Assembly: GCA_905210995.1 (NCBI GenBank)
Contig: CAJLZE010000001.1
Coordinates: 1,910-65,909, forward strand
Source of the DNA: an uncultured Anaerotruncus sp.
GTDB taxonomy: Bacteria; Bacillota; Clostridia; Oscillospirales; CAG-272
Length of the DNA stretch: 64,000 bases
Direction of reading: 5' to 3'
Below are positions 7,594-16,595 of the stretch, one piece after another; position 1 is the first letter of the stretch, and every line of letters starts with the position of its first letter. The notes beneath the pieces were generated by a model. That model saw only the letters and a program-made list of their open reading frames with translations, made no database searches and was not told where the DNA came from. A program made the translations under genes and the position numbers.

Positions 7594-9096
7594 TTATCTT
7601 GAGTTCATGCCGAGGTCCGCCGTATAGACATACTCGGCGTTGAAATACGATTTTCTTTCGCCGCTTTGCGGCACGAGCGTAAGAAGAACGCCGCCGCGCA
7701 TACTGTTGTTGTATTCAAACCTACCGCCGAGTCCGTTTTTGGAGTAGCCGACCGAGCCCGCAAACACGCAGGTGATGCTGCCCGAGCTCACCGAGTCGGT
7801 CCTGCCCTCGGAGCTTGCCGCCACAAAGCAGGTTATGCCTTCGGAGACCGCCGTGTCGAACACCGAAGCGCCCGACGTCTCGCCAGTGCCCTCCGACGCC
7901 ACGAATTCAGGCAGATCGGCTGCGATAAGAGCGCCCGGAACATCGCCGTCCGTCTCACCCAGAGCCTCGCGCCCCTTTTCAAGCTCGGCGCTCAGCTTTT
8001 CGGATGTCTCGGCAGCCCCCTCGCCAGTCATCCAGACGCTGCCGACCGTTTTGCCCTTCGCGTCCGAAAGCATGAGAAGAGATGTGCTTCCGGTGGGAGC
8101 CACGCAGCCCTCTCTTGTGCCGAGCACCTCGTTTATCATGGAGCCGGGAAGTCCGCCGCCGTCACCTTCGGTCACGGCTTTGGGGAGAAAGCTCCAGCTT
8201 ATACCGCGCTCGTTGAGCGGCGCGATTATGGCATCCCATGCCTCTGCAAGCGAGGCGCGGTCCTCGGCTCCCGCCGAAAGATCGCCGCAGAAAACGACCA
8301 TGCCGGGCTTTTCGGAATCGAGCAGCGCACCTATCGCACGGACGGAATACCTGTCGGCATCGGGCGACGAAAGCACGAGCATGCTGAAGCCGCCGGATCC
8401 CTCGGGCGCTTTGATCTCTATGTAAGCGGAGGCGGACGGATCTTCGGTGCTGTTGTTTTCAAAGCCCGAGAGCACCGCGTCAAGATCGGGCACTCCGACC
8501 CCTTTTTTCATGCGCACGGCATTGATCGCGTCGCCGTTGTAGTTTGAAACGAAGCGGTCGATGCCCGCCTCGGCTCCGGCGGAGCCGAACGATTCGATTA
8601 TAAGATCGCCGCGGCTGTTGAAATATGTGCGGCAGCCGTCGGCTCCCACCGAATAATACGAATCCACATAATCGCATTCGGAAAGCTCGGTGTGACCTAT
8701 GACTATGGCGCCGCCGTCGTCGGTGAACTTGCCGTTTTCGATGTCCGAGGCGGGCACGAGCTCTGCCTCGTAGTTGTATCTCTGAGCAAGCTCGGACGCG
8801 AGCCGCCTTGCAGCCGTAAGCGCCCACTCGCTGCCCGCATTGTCGCGGTAAACGACGTATATGCGCAGCGGCTCGACCTTGCCGACAGCCACAGCATCAT
8901 TTTTATCGTCTGCGGTAAGGAGTGCCACCTCGCTTGCCGCCGGGAAGAGCCCGACAGCCATTACGGTGAACATCAGCGCGCTGACGGTGCGAAAGACCGT
9001 TCCCGCTCTTCGGTGCTGCAGCAGCTTATTGACTGCCGAAACAGCCACGAGCGCCGTACTTATCACAAGCTCGGCCGCCTTTTTGAAGAATTTCAT
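7594..9096 (-). CDS. membrane-anchored extracytoplasmic protein of unknown function (weak, degenerate metallophosphoesterase-like C-terminal half)
   Basis: The start MKFFKKAAELVISTALVAV... (ATG at 9096) is followed by two hydrophobic segments. MVVFCGDLSAGAEDRA resembles a calcineurin-like GD motif, but I see no GNHE or GHxH motifs. Confidence 0.55.
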   Translation of the reverse strand: MKFFKKAAELVISTALVAVSAVNKLLQHRRAGTVFRTVSALMFTVMAVGLFPAASEVALLTADDKNDAVAVGKVEPLRIYVVYRDNAGSEWALTAARRLASELAQRYNYEAELVPASDIENGKFTDDGGAIVIGHTELSECDYVDSYYSVGADGCRTYFNSRGDLIIESFGSAGAEAGIDRFVSNYNGDAINAVRMKKGVGVPDLDAVLSGFENNSTEDPSASAYIEIKAPEGSGGFSMLVLSSPDADRYSVRAIGALLDSEKPGMVVFCGDLSAGAEDRASLAEAWDAIIAPLNERGISWSFLPKAVTEGDGGGLPGSMINEVLGTREGCVAPTGSTSLLMLSDAKGKTVGSVWMTGEGAAETSEKLSAELEKGREALGETDGDVPGALIAADLPEFVASEGTGETSGASVFDTAVSEGITCFVAASSEGRTDSVSSGSITCVFAGSVGYSKNGLGGRFEYNNSMRGGVLLTLVPQSGERKSYFNAEYVYTADLGMNSR

Positions 9097-9227
9097 TGAT
9101 CTGATCCTCGGGTGAAGAGAGCCGGGCGCACGGTACCGAGCGTGTGCCATTTTGCCTCGCCACCCTACCTTTCGGTAGATTTGGACTTAAAAAGTCGTCT
9201 CAAAAGGGTCAATATTGCCTTTTTGCC

Positions 9228-11693
9228 TTACGGTCTCCTCGTAACGTCGGGATCTCTGCGGGTCGTCGCCGCGGGAGTCGTAGTGCCGCCCGGCTTCGTC
9301 GTCTCGTCCACGTATGCGGGGCCGCCGCTGACCGTGAGCGTGACTGTCTCCTCCCATTCCCGCACAGTGATCTCATCGCTGCTGTCGGGAGTCTGGCTTA
9401 TGACCGTTCCTACGGGCTTGTCGCTCTTCACGGTCACGACCTTTACGTTGAGCTTTTCCGAATTCAGGCGTTTTTCGGCTTCGGCAAGCGTCTTTCCGAC
9501 CACATCGGGGACTATGAGCGTCATTTCGGGGTTCTCCCAATCGGGACCGCCGCTGACGGTAACGTCAACGTATATCTCTCCGGGATATCCCGAGATCGTA
9601 TCGCCGACCGCCACAGACTGCGCAAGGACTCTGCCCGCGGGGGCGTCGTTCTTTATGTATCTGACATTGCCGATATTCGCGCCGAGCATCTGCAGGACCG
9701 ATGTCGCCTGCTCAAGCGTTCTGCCCGTAAGGCGCGGGACCTTTATCGTCGTGAGCGTCGGCTTGTAATTGCTTCCGCCGCTGACCGTTAACGTAACGCC
9801 TTCGGCAGCGGGGTCGGGAGCCGTGCCGCCTCCCGTTATGTCGGTGCCGAGGGGATCCTGCGCTATGACGGTCCCCTCTTCAAGCTCGCTCTGCACTATG
9901 CGCACGCTCAGGGTGCGCAGCCCGTACACCGAAAGCAGCGTCGAGGCATCGGCACGTTTCATTCCGGTAACGGACGGTATATACCGCGTCTCAAAGTCGC
10001 TGCCGCCGCTTATGACAAAGCTTATCTCGGTAAGCCCCGGCACGCCGTCGCTCTCCGGCTCGGGGGACTGGCAAAGCACCGTGCCGACGGGCTTCGACGA
10101 CCTTGTGTATGTGACCTTTCCGACCGAGAGCTTTGCGTCGTCAAGTATACGGCGCGCCTCTGGCTCGGTCTTGTCGGCAAAATCGGGGACCTTCACAGAG
10201 GGAACATACCCCGAGCTTTTTCCGCGGCTCACATAGACCGTGACGTCGCTGCCGACGACAAGCTCGGCGCCGGGCGCCGGCTCGGTGGTTATGACGTACC
10301 CCGACGGTATCGCGGCGTTATCCTGCTCGACTACCGTCACCCTGAAGCCCTTGCCGCGCAGCGCGCTCTTGACGGTGCGCCAGTCGGTGATGGTATAATC
10401 GGGCATCGTGAGCATTCGCGGACCGCGGCTGACCGTGAGGGTCACGGTGCAGGGCACTTTTTTGTGCGCCCCGCCGCCCGGCGACTGGCTGATGATGCTG
10501 CCCTTTGCCGCCGCATCGGAATATTCCTCTTCGAATTCGAGAATAACATCGCCCGATCTCAGATCCTGCGCGGCAAGCTCGTCGGCAAGACGCGCCTCGC
10601 AGGTCTCGCGGTCAAGCCCCATGAGATCGGGAACTATGACCGCCGCGGTCTTTGTCATGCCGCCGACGACCTTATCAAAAGCATAGAAGAAGGACACGAG
10701 CCCCACTATGAGCACCGCAAACGCCACGCCGAGCACGACGGGAGTCATCGAATGCGAGGGACGTATTTCGCTCAGATTGCGCTTTGATCTCTTCAGCGCC
10801 GCTATTTTTGCGGGCGTGCGCACCGTCGCCGCCGGATTTTTCTTTATCCTGCGCAGCTCGCGCAGCATATCCGCCGCGCTCTGATAGCGCTTTTGCGGAT
10901 TTTTCTCCATGACACATAGGATGAGCTGCTCAAGCCCGCGCGGTATCTTCGGGTCTATCTGACGCGGCGGCACCGGCTTGTCGTGCATGTGCATGAGAAC
11001 GACCGATATCGGGCTCTCGTCGTCAAACGGCAGCTTGCCCGTTGACATTTCGTACATCATGACCCCGAGCGAATAAAGGTCTGAGCGCGCGTCGCAGGCG
11101 TTGCTCTGCGCCTGCTCGGGGCTGATATAATAGACCGTGCCCACGGTCTTGTCGGATATCGGCGCGGTGTCGCTGTCGGGCAGCTTGGCTATGCCGAAAT
11201 CCATGACCTTTACGGTCCCGTTTTTGAGCAGCATGATGTTTTGCGGCTTTATGTCGCGGTGGACGACGCCTTTGGAATGCGCGTGCGCGAGCGCCGACAG
11301 TATCTGCTCTGTATATGAGATTATCTCCGCGAGCGGCAGCACGCCGCGCTTATCCATATAGTCGCGCAGCGAAATGCCGTCGATGTATTCCATCACGAGA
11401 TATTTGTGCTCGGTATCGACCGAAACATCGCGTATCGCCACAATGTTCGGGTGCGAGAGCATCGAAACGGCGCGCGATTCGTTTACGAACCGCGTCAGCG
11501 CCTCGGGATCTCCCGCAATATCGTCACGCAGCATCTTTATCGCAACGGTGTCGTCCTGCTTCATGTCGTGAGCGCGGAAAACGACTGCCATGCCCCCGGT
11601 GCCGAGCAGCTTTTCTATTTTATATCTGCCGTCAAGCAACACGGATACGTATTTTTCGTATATGCTGTTTTCGGTTATTTTTGAATTATCCAT
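9228..11693 (-). CDS. prkC: Ser/Thr protein kinase with six PASTA repeats
   Basis: Hanks kinase motifs (GTGGMAVV, HRDIKPQN, DFGIA), one TM segment, then six repeats of the VPDxxG...Q.P..G...V.L.VS type. Confidence 0.9.
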   Translation of the reverse strand: MDNSKITENSIYEKYVSVLLDGRYKIEKLLGTGGMAVVFRAHDMKQDDTVAIKMLRDDIAGDPEALTRFVNESRAVSMLSHPNIVAIRDVSVDTEHKYLVMEYIDGISLRDYMDKRGVLPLAEIISYTEQILSALAHAHSKGVVHRDIKPQNIMLLKNGTVKVMDFGIAKLPDSDTAPISDKTVGTVYYISPEQAQSNACDARSDLYSLGVMMYEMSTGKLPFDDESPISVVLMHMHDKPVPPRQIDPKIPRGLEQLILCVMEKNPQKRYQSAADMLRELRRIKKNPAATVRTPAKIAALKRSKRNLSEIRPSHSMTPVVLGVAFAVLIVGLVSFFYAFDKVVGGMTKTAAVIVPDLMGLDRETCEARLADELAAQDLRSGDVILEFEEEYSDAAAKGSIISQSPGGGAHKKVPCTVTLTVSRGPRMLTMPDYTITDWRTVKSALRGKGFRVTVVEQDNAAIPSGYVITTEPAPGAELVVGSDVTVYVSRGKSSGYVPSVKVPDFADKTEPEARRILDDAKLSVGKVTYTRSSKPVGTVLCQSPEPESDGVPGLTEISFVISGGSDFETRYIPSVTGMKRADASTLLSVYGLRTLSVRIVQSELEEGTVIAQDPLGTDITGGGTAPDPAAEGVTLTVSGGSNYKPTLTTIKVPRLTGRTLEQATSVLQMLGANIGNVRYIKNDAPAGRVLAQSVAVGDTISGYPGEIYVDVTVSGGPDWENPEMTLIVPDVVGKTLAEAEKRLNSEKLNVKVVTVKSDKPVGTVISQTPDSSDEITVREWEETVTLTVSGGPAYVDETTKPGGTTTPAATTRRDPDVTRRP

Positions 11694-11764
11694 TTCCTTT
11701 TCGCCGACGTCGGCTCTCCGTTTTTACTGATACCCTTATTTATCGGATATGTAGCTTTTCTCTT

Positions 11765-12526
11765 TTATGAGAGTTGAACGAGCAATACGGTTATATTATC
11801 CGGACCTCCCGCGGCATTTGCAAGCCCCACAAGTCCGTTCACTTTTTCTTCGGGCGTACCGCCGTCGCAGACGACGGTGTGGATTATCTCGTCGCTCACG
11901 CTGCCGGAAAGTCCGTCGGAGCAGAGGAGTATCCACCGCTTGCCGTCGGGCGGCAGCGAAATATCCACCGACCGCAGGTCGGGACGCACGGTGTCGTCTA
12001 TCCCAACGGCACGTGTTATCACATTGCGCACGGGCGACACGCGCGCCTCAGCCTCGCTCATCTGCCCCATGTCAACAAGATGCTGAACATATGAGTGGTC
12101 GTGAGTGAGCTGCGTTATCGAGGCGGACGTTATATCGTACATGCGGCTGTCGCCGACATTGACAAAGCATCCTCCCACATTTTCGCACAGCAGGAGCGCC
12201 ACAAGGGTCGTGCCCATTCCGGCAAGCGCTTCGGCATTGTCCGCCGCGGTCCTGACCGCGCTGTTGGCAAGGGACGCGCCGCGTTCGAGTGCGTGTCTGA
12301 ACGTCGGGACCGTCAGTTGCGCTCCGGCGTCCTCAAGCGACTCGCGCACGGCAGCCACAAAAACATCCCGCGCGGTGCCGGATGCCGTGGCTCCTCCGGC
12401 ATGACCGCCCATGCCGTCGCAGACAACGCAAAGCGTTGCGCCGGCTATGGTGTATATCCCGAAGCAGTCCTGATTCTCAACTCTCTTTGAGCCGATATCG
12501 GTAGTCCCGTAGCATTTTATTGACAT
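11765..12526 (-). CDS. prpC: PP2C-family Ser/Thr phosphatase
   Basis: TDIGSKRVENQD, CDGMGGH and LLCSDGL motifs; upstream partner of prkC. Confidence 0.9.
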   Translation of the reverse strand: MSIKCYGTTDIGSKRVENQDCFGIYTIAGATLCVVCDGMGGHAGGATASGTARDVFVAAVRESLEDAGAQLTVPTFRHALERGASLANSAVRTAADNAEALAGMGTTLVALLLCENVGGCFVNVGDSRMYDITSASITQLTHDHSYVQHLVDMGQMSEAEARVSPVRNVITRAVGIDDTVRPDLRSVDISLPPDGKRWILLCSDGLSGSVSDEIIHTVVCDGGTPEEKVNGLVGLANAAGGPDNITVLLVQLS

Positions 12527-12652
12527 TCCCTGACCCCTTTCCTGCCCGCATGACGTTTTTGCGGTCCCGATGAGACCTAATATCCGTCATACGGTTATTA
12601 TACAATATCAAATCAGTCTTTATTTTGCGAAATAGTTATAGCGATGCAAATA

Positions 12653-13756
12653 TTATTTGCGATCCTCCGCCGCGCCGTCGCTCATCACAGCCTTGCGCAA
12701 CTGACCGCACGCGGCGTCGATGTCGGGTCCCAGACGGCGGCGGACCGTCGCGCGTATGCCTTTTTTCTCAAGCGTCGATGCGAAATCCGCTATCGCGCCG
12801 CGCTCGGGCGGCATAAGTCCCGTCTCGCGCACCGGATTGACCGGTATGAGGTTAACGTGTATCGGCATATTCAGCCCGTCACGGCGAAGCGAGCGGTTAA
12901 GCAGTTCTGCCAGCCGGCGCGCGTCTGCAACGGTCGAATTCTTATCCTTTATAAGTGTATATTCGAAGGATATGCGGCGCCCCGTCGTGCGGTAATAATC
13001 GCGGCACGCCGACATCAGCTCCGCTATCGGGTAACGCCTGTCTACCGGCATTATCGCCGCGCGCGTTTCGTCGTCGGGTGCGTGCAGCGAGATGGACAGC
13101 GTGATGGGCAGATCCTCACCCGCCAGCCGCCTTATCCCGTCGGCAAGCCCGCAGGTCGAAAGCGAAATGTGGCGATAGCCTATGTCGAGCCCGCGGCGGT
13201 CGTTTACAAGGTGAAGGAACTTCACGGCATTGTCAAAGTTGTCGAGCGGCTCGCCGATGCCCATCATGACTATGTTGCCGACACGCTCGCCGCTGTCCGC
13301 CGACACGGCTATGACCTGCCCCGCGATCTCGCCCGCGGAGAGGTCACGCACCTTTCCGCCTATCGTCGAGGCGCAGAAGGCGCACCCCATGCGGCAGCCG
13401 ACCTGCGACGACACACACACCGTGTTGCCGTGGTGATAGCGCATGAGCACCGTTTCCACACACGCGCCGTCGGAAAGACGGAAAAGGTATTTTGTCGTTC
13501 CGTCAACAGCCGAGATCTGCCGCCGCACTGTCTGCGGAAGGCGATAGGGCGCCGCCGCCTCAAGCTTTGCGGCAAGCGCCTTCGGCACGCCGGGGATCTC
13601 CTCGGGCGACCGCCCGCGGTACATCTGCGGGAATATCTGCGACGCACGGTATTTCGGCTCGCCGAGCGAGATCATCAGCGCTTCAAGCTCATTGTAATCA
13701 TATGAGAGAAGTTCTTTCTTTATAATATCGGAAGTTTTTTCTTCAACAAGTACCAT
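12653..13756 (-). CDS. rlmN: 23S rRNA/tRNA (adenine-C2)-methyltransferase, radical SAM
   Basis: CRMGCAFCAS cluster motif, GMGEPLDN, and the expected operon position. Confidence 0.9.
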   Translation of the reverse strand: MVLVEEKTSDIIKKELLSYDYNELEALMISLGEPKYRASQIFPQMYRGRSPEEIPGVPKALAAKLEAAAPYRLPQTVRRQISAVDGTTKYLFRLSDGACVETVLMRYHHGNTVCVSSQVGCRMGCAFCASTIGGKVRDLSAGEIAGQVIAVSADSGERVGNIVMMGIGEPLDNFDNAVKFLHLVNDRRGLDIGYRHISLSTCGLADGIRRLAGEDLPITLSISLHAPDDETRAAIMPVDRRYPIAELMSACRDYYRTTGRRISFEYTLIKDKNSTVADARRLAELLNRSLRRDGLNMPIHVNLIPVNPVRETGLMPPERGAIADFASTLEKKGIRATVRRRLGPDIDAACGQLRKAVMSDGAAEDRK

Positions 13757-13803
13757 AACAAGACCCTTATCCGTTCATTCCGGCATACCGTGCCGCACCG
13801 TTT

Positions 13804-14184
13804 TTACCGTATCGCAGATCCATCGCCACCGGTCAATATTCCGGTCACGACGGCATCTATATATCCGCACACATTACGGAAGTTATTATCGATCTGAAGG
13901 TTGGTGAACCTTATCACCCTGAGATCGTATCCCTCGAGCATTTCCGTTCTGAATTCATCTTTTTTTCGCCCTTCCGGAGTGTAATGCTGCGATCCGTCTA
14001 TCTCAACGACAAGTCTTGCCTTATGGCAGTAAAAATCCGCGATAAAACCACCTATTGCCTTCTGACGCTGAAACCTGACTTTGTATTTTGACAAAAAATC
14101 ATACCACAGATGTTTTTCCTGCGGAGTGGCACTGCGCCGCAGATTTTTTGCCAACGTTATGTTTTTGCCGTTGTAACCAAGCAA
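13804..14184 (-). CDS. DUF559 (Vsr-like) endonuclease domain protein
   Basis: AKNLRRSATPQEKHLWYDFL...RFQRQKAIGGFIADFYCHKARLVVEIDGSQH is the DUF559 core. I prefer the in-frame TTG at 14184 because GAAGGAG lies 8 nt upstream and it gives a typical product of about 126 aa. The track's ATG at 14361 has no SD, and its extra 59 aa are built from repeat sequence. Confidence 0.7.
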   Translation of the reverse strand: MLGYNGKNITLAKNLRRSATPQEKHLWYDFLSKYKVRFQRQKAIGGFIADFYCHKARLVVEIDGSQHYTPEGRKKDEFRTEMLEGYDLRVIRFTNLQIDNNFRNVCGYIDAVVTGILTGGDGSAIR

Positions 14185-14468
14185 TCCTTTATCTCCTTCG
14201 GTGGGCTGCAAAAAGCATATCGGTCCCGGCGGAAGCATCACTTGTTTTTTGCGTTTTTCGTCCGGAACTCCTTCAGTCGGCTCCGCCGCCAGCTCCCTCG
14301 GCGAGGGAGCCTTGACAAGAGTCGCAGCCTCACCCGCATACCGGAACAATTCCTCATTCATTCGTGTCGGAGCACAAACGGTGAAATACGCACTCGCTTC
14401 GTAAGCCTCCCTCCCGAGGGAGGTGCCGGAGCTTGTCTCCGGCGGAAGGAGTTATTCTCCGTTCTCTG
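14185..14468. repeat. repeat-derived spacer or leader between rsmB and DUF559
   Basis: It contains two double-hairpin elements in opposite orientation (14266-14313 and 14407-14454), plus a partial copy of the CGGTGAA-type unit (about 14379-14400). Confidence 0.65.
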
Positions 14469-15836
14469 TCACGCGATATCACTCTTCACGAGTCTGCATA
14501 TGAAAAATCCGTCGGTGCCGAGCGGCATATCGGGTGTGAGGGTAAGCATTCCGTTCGGTGCAAAGGTGCCGTCGGGCAGAGTGAACGGATCGGCTCTGAA
14601 ATCGGGGTTTCCCTCAAGAAACGCCCCGACGACCTCCTCGTTCTCGCGCGGCAGCACGGTACAGGTGGAATAAACGAGCGTGCCGCCCGCCCTCAGCGCC
14701 TCGGCCGACGCCGAAAGTATCGCCTTTTGCAGCGCGGGCAGGTCGGCAGACTCCGCCGGCTCGCGATATCTTATCTCGGGCTTGCGGCGCACAGCCCCGT
14801 AGCCGGAGCACGGCACGTCGCAAAGCACGCAGTCGAACTTTTCTCCCTCCCACGGCGCAGACGAGTCGCGGCACACGGCGCGGATGATCGTGACGCCCTG
14901 CCTCGCGGCGCTCTTTTCAATGAGCGGGAGCCTGTTTTTATGCAGCTCGCAGGCGACTATCTCACCTCTGTCTTCCATTTCAAGCGCAGCCGAAATGCTT
15001 TTCGTTCCCGGCGCGGCGCAGGCGTCAAGCACCCGCTCTCCCGCCCGCGGGTCCAGCACCCACACGGCAAGCTGTGCGGCTTCATCCTCGGCAAACGCGG
15101 TCGGGGTGTCACCCGTAAGGCAGGCGGGAAGCCCCGCGCCCGACGTGCGTATGCCCCAAGGCGACGCGTCGGTGGGCTCCGCAGCGAAACCGGCAGCCTC
15201 AAGCTCTCGGCAAAGCCCGTCGCGCCCGGTGCGCGCGGTATTCACGCGCAGCGTGAGCGGAGGCGGCTCAAGGAACGCACGCAGCATATTCTCTGTGCGG
15301 CTCTCTCCGTAAGCAGCCAAAAGCTCGCGGCAAAGCGGTTCATTTACCGAATACCGCACCGAAAGATACCTTGCGGTCTTGTTTTTTCCGCCCTTTTCGG
15401 GGAACGGGAACTCCCCCTCCGCCACCGTGCGCTGATATGCGCGCAGGATGGCGTTGACGAACCCACGCGACGACTGCCGCGCAAGCGCCACCGTCTCGTT
15501 CACCGCGGCATGCGCGGGAATGCGGTCGCAGTATGCGAGCTGATATATTCCGAGACGCAGGATATTTTTCGTATCCGGGTCCGTTTTCGCCAGCGGGCGC
15601 GACGCCAGCCGTGCGATGATGTAATCAAGTGTTATCCGCCGCTCTGTCACGCCGCGCACAAGATACGCGGCAAGGGCGCGTTCTCCCTCGGGCAGCTCTC
15701 CGCTCTGCATAAGCGAATCGATAAGGATATTGCTGTATCCGCCGCCGTCGATGCGCAAAAGCAATCTCAGTGCCGCCGCCCGTGCGGTCGTTGCGGCACC
15801 GCGCCGTTCCTGCGGGGATCTTTTCGCTTTTTCCAT
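14469..15836 (-). CDS. rsmB: 16S rRNA (cytosine967-C5)-methyltransferase
   Basis: NusB-like N-terminus plus a SAM MTase with DACAAPGTK and the catalytic DVPCSG and TCT motifs. Confidence 0.9.
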   Translation of the reverse strand: MEKAKRSPQERRGAATTARAAALRLLLRIDGGGYSNILIDSLMQSGELPEGERALAAYLVRGVTERRITLDYIIARLASRPLAKTDPDTKNILRLGIYQLAYCDRIPAHAAVNETVALARQSSRGFVNAILRAYQRTVAEGEFPFPEKGGKNKTARYLSVRYSVNEPLCRELLAAYGESRTENMLRAFLEPPPLTLRVNTARTGRDGLCRELEAAGFAAEPTDASPWGIRTSGAGLPACLTGDTPTAFAEDEAAQLAVWVLDPRAGERVLDACAAPGTKSISAALEMEDRGEIVACELHKNRLPLIEKSAARQGVTIIRAVCRDSSAPWEGEKFDCVLCDVPCSGYGAVRRKPEIRYREPAESADLPALQKAILSASAEALRAGGTLVYSTCTVLPRENEEVVGAFLEGNPDFRADPFTLPDGTFAPNGMLTLTPDMPLGTDGFFICRLVKSDIA

Positions 15837-15843
15837 ATATTTT

Positions 15844-16572
15844 TCAGTCGCGTCTGCGGTTATTGCGCGACGACGCGATGAGTATGAGCCTTAAAAGCTG
15901 CAAGAGCGAGCCGGCAAGCGCCGCAAGATATGTCATGGCTGCGGCGGTGAGCACCTTTTTTGCCCCCGAGAGCTCCTCATCGGTAAAGCTGCCCGAGGCG
16001 CGCAGCGCCGTGAGCGCACGGCGGCTGGCGTTGACCTCGACGGGCAGTGTGACGAGCTGAAATAGCACGGCAAACGAAAACGCATATATACCGATCTGCA
16101 TCAGCCAATATCCGATCCCGCCGCCGGCGTCGGCGGCGGTATTGAAAACAAGTCCGAGCGCGAACAGCGGCCACGCAAGCTGCGACGCTATATTGCACAC
16201 GGGGATGATCGCCATTCTGAACTTTATCGGCGCGTACCCCTCGGCATACTGGAGCGCGTGTCCCGCCTCATGCGCGGCAACTCCAACCGCTGCGACGCTC
16301 GTTTTGTCGATAACGCCCTTCGAAAGGCTTATCACGTTGGTGCGCGGGTTATAATTATCGGTAAGCTCGCCCGATATGCCGACGATGCCGACATCGGTAA
16401 CGCCGCCCGAACGCAGCACGGTATCGGCAGCGCCCGCGCCGGTCATGCCGACTCTTGTCGGCACCTTTGAATATTTTGCATATGCGCTTTTTACCTTTAT
16501 CTGCGCCCAGAGCGAGATAAGGAACGCTATGATAACAAGGATATACGTCGGATCGTAAAAGAAAAACGGCAT
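15844..16572 (-). CDS. membrane zinc metallopeptidase (YugP-like)
   Basis: HEAGHALQ zinc motif, N- and C-terminal TM helices, 242 aa. Confidence 0.8.
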   Translation of the reverse strand: MPFFFYDPTYILVIIAFLISLWAQIKVKSAYAKYSKVPTRVGMTGAGAADTVLRSGGVTDVGIVGISGELTDNYNPRTNVISLSKGVIDKTSVAAVGVAAHEAGHALQYAEGYAPIKFRMAIIPVCNIASQLAWPLFALGLVFNTAADAGGGIGYWLMQIGIYAFSFAVLFQLVTLPVEVNASRRALTALRASGSFTDEELSGAKKVLTAAAMTYLAALAGSLLQLLRLILIASSRNNRRRD

Positions 16573-16595
16573 GGTTTTTTCCTTTCAGAAAAATT

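Noticed and set aside
12644-13705. 353-aa plus-strand ORF
   Set aside because: It is antisense to rlmN.
13804-14361. Full 185-aa DUF559 ORF starting at the ATG at 14361
   Set aside because: That ATG has no SD, and the first 59 codons are repeat-element sequence. An in-frame TTG at 14184 with a GAAGGAG SD gives a product of typical DUF559 length. The longer form cannot be excluded without data.
14433-15881. 482-aa plus-strand ORF
   Set aside because: It is antisense to rsmB, and its translation is Arg-rich with no motifs.
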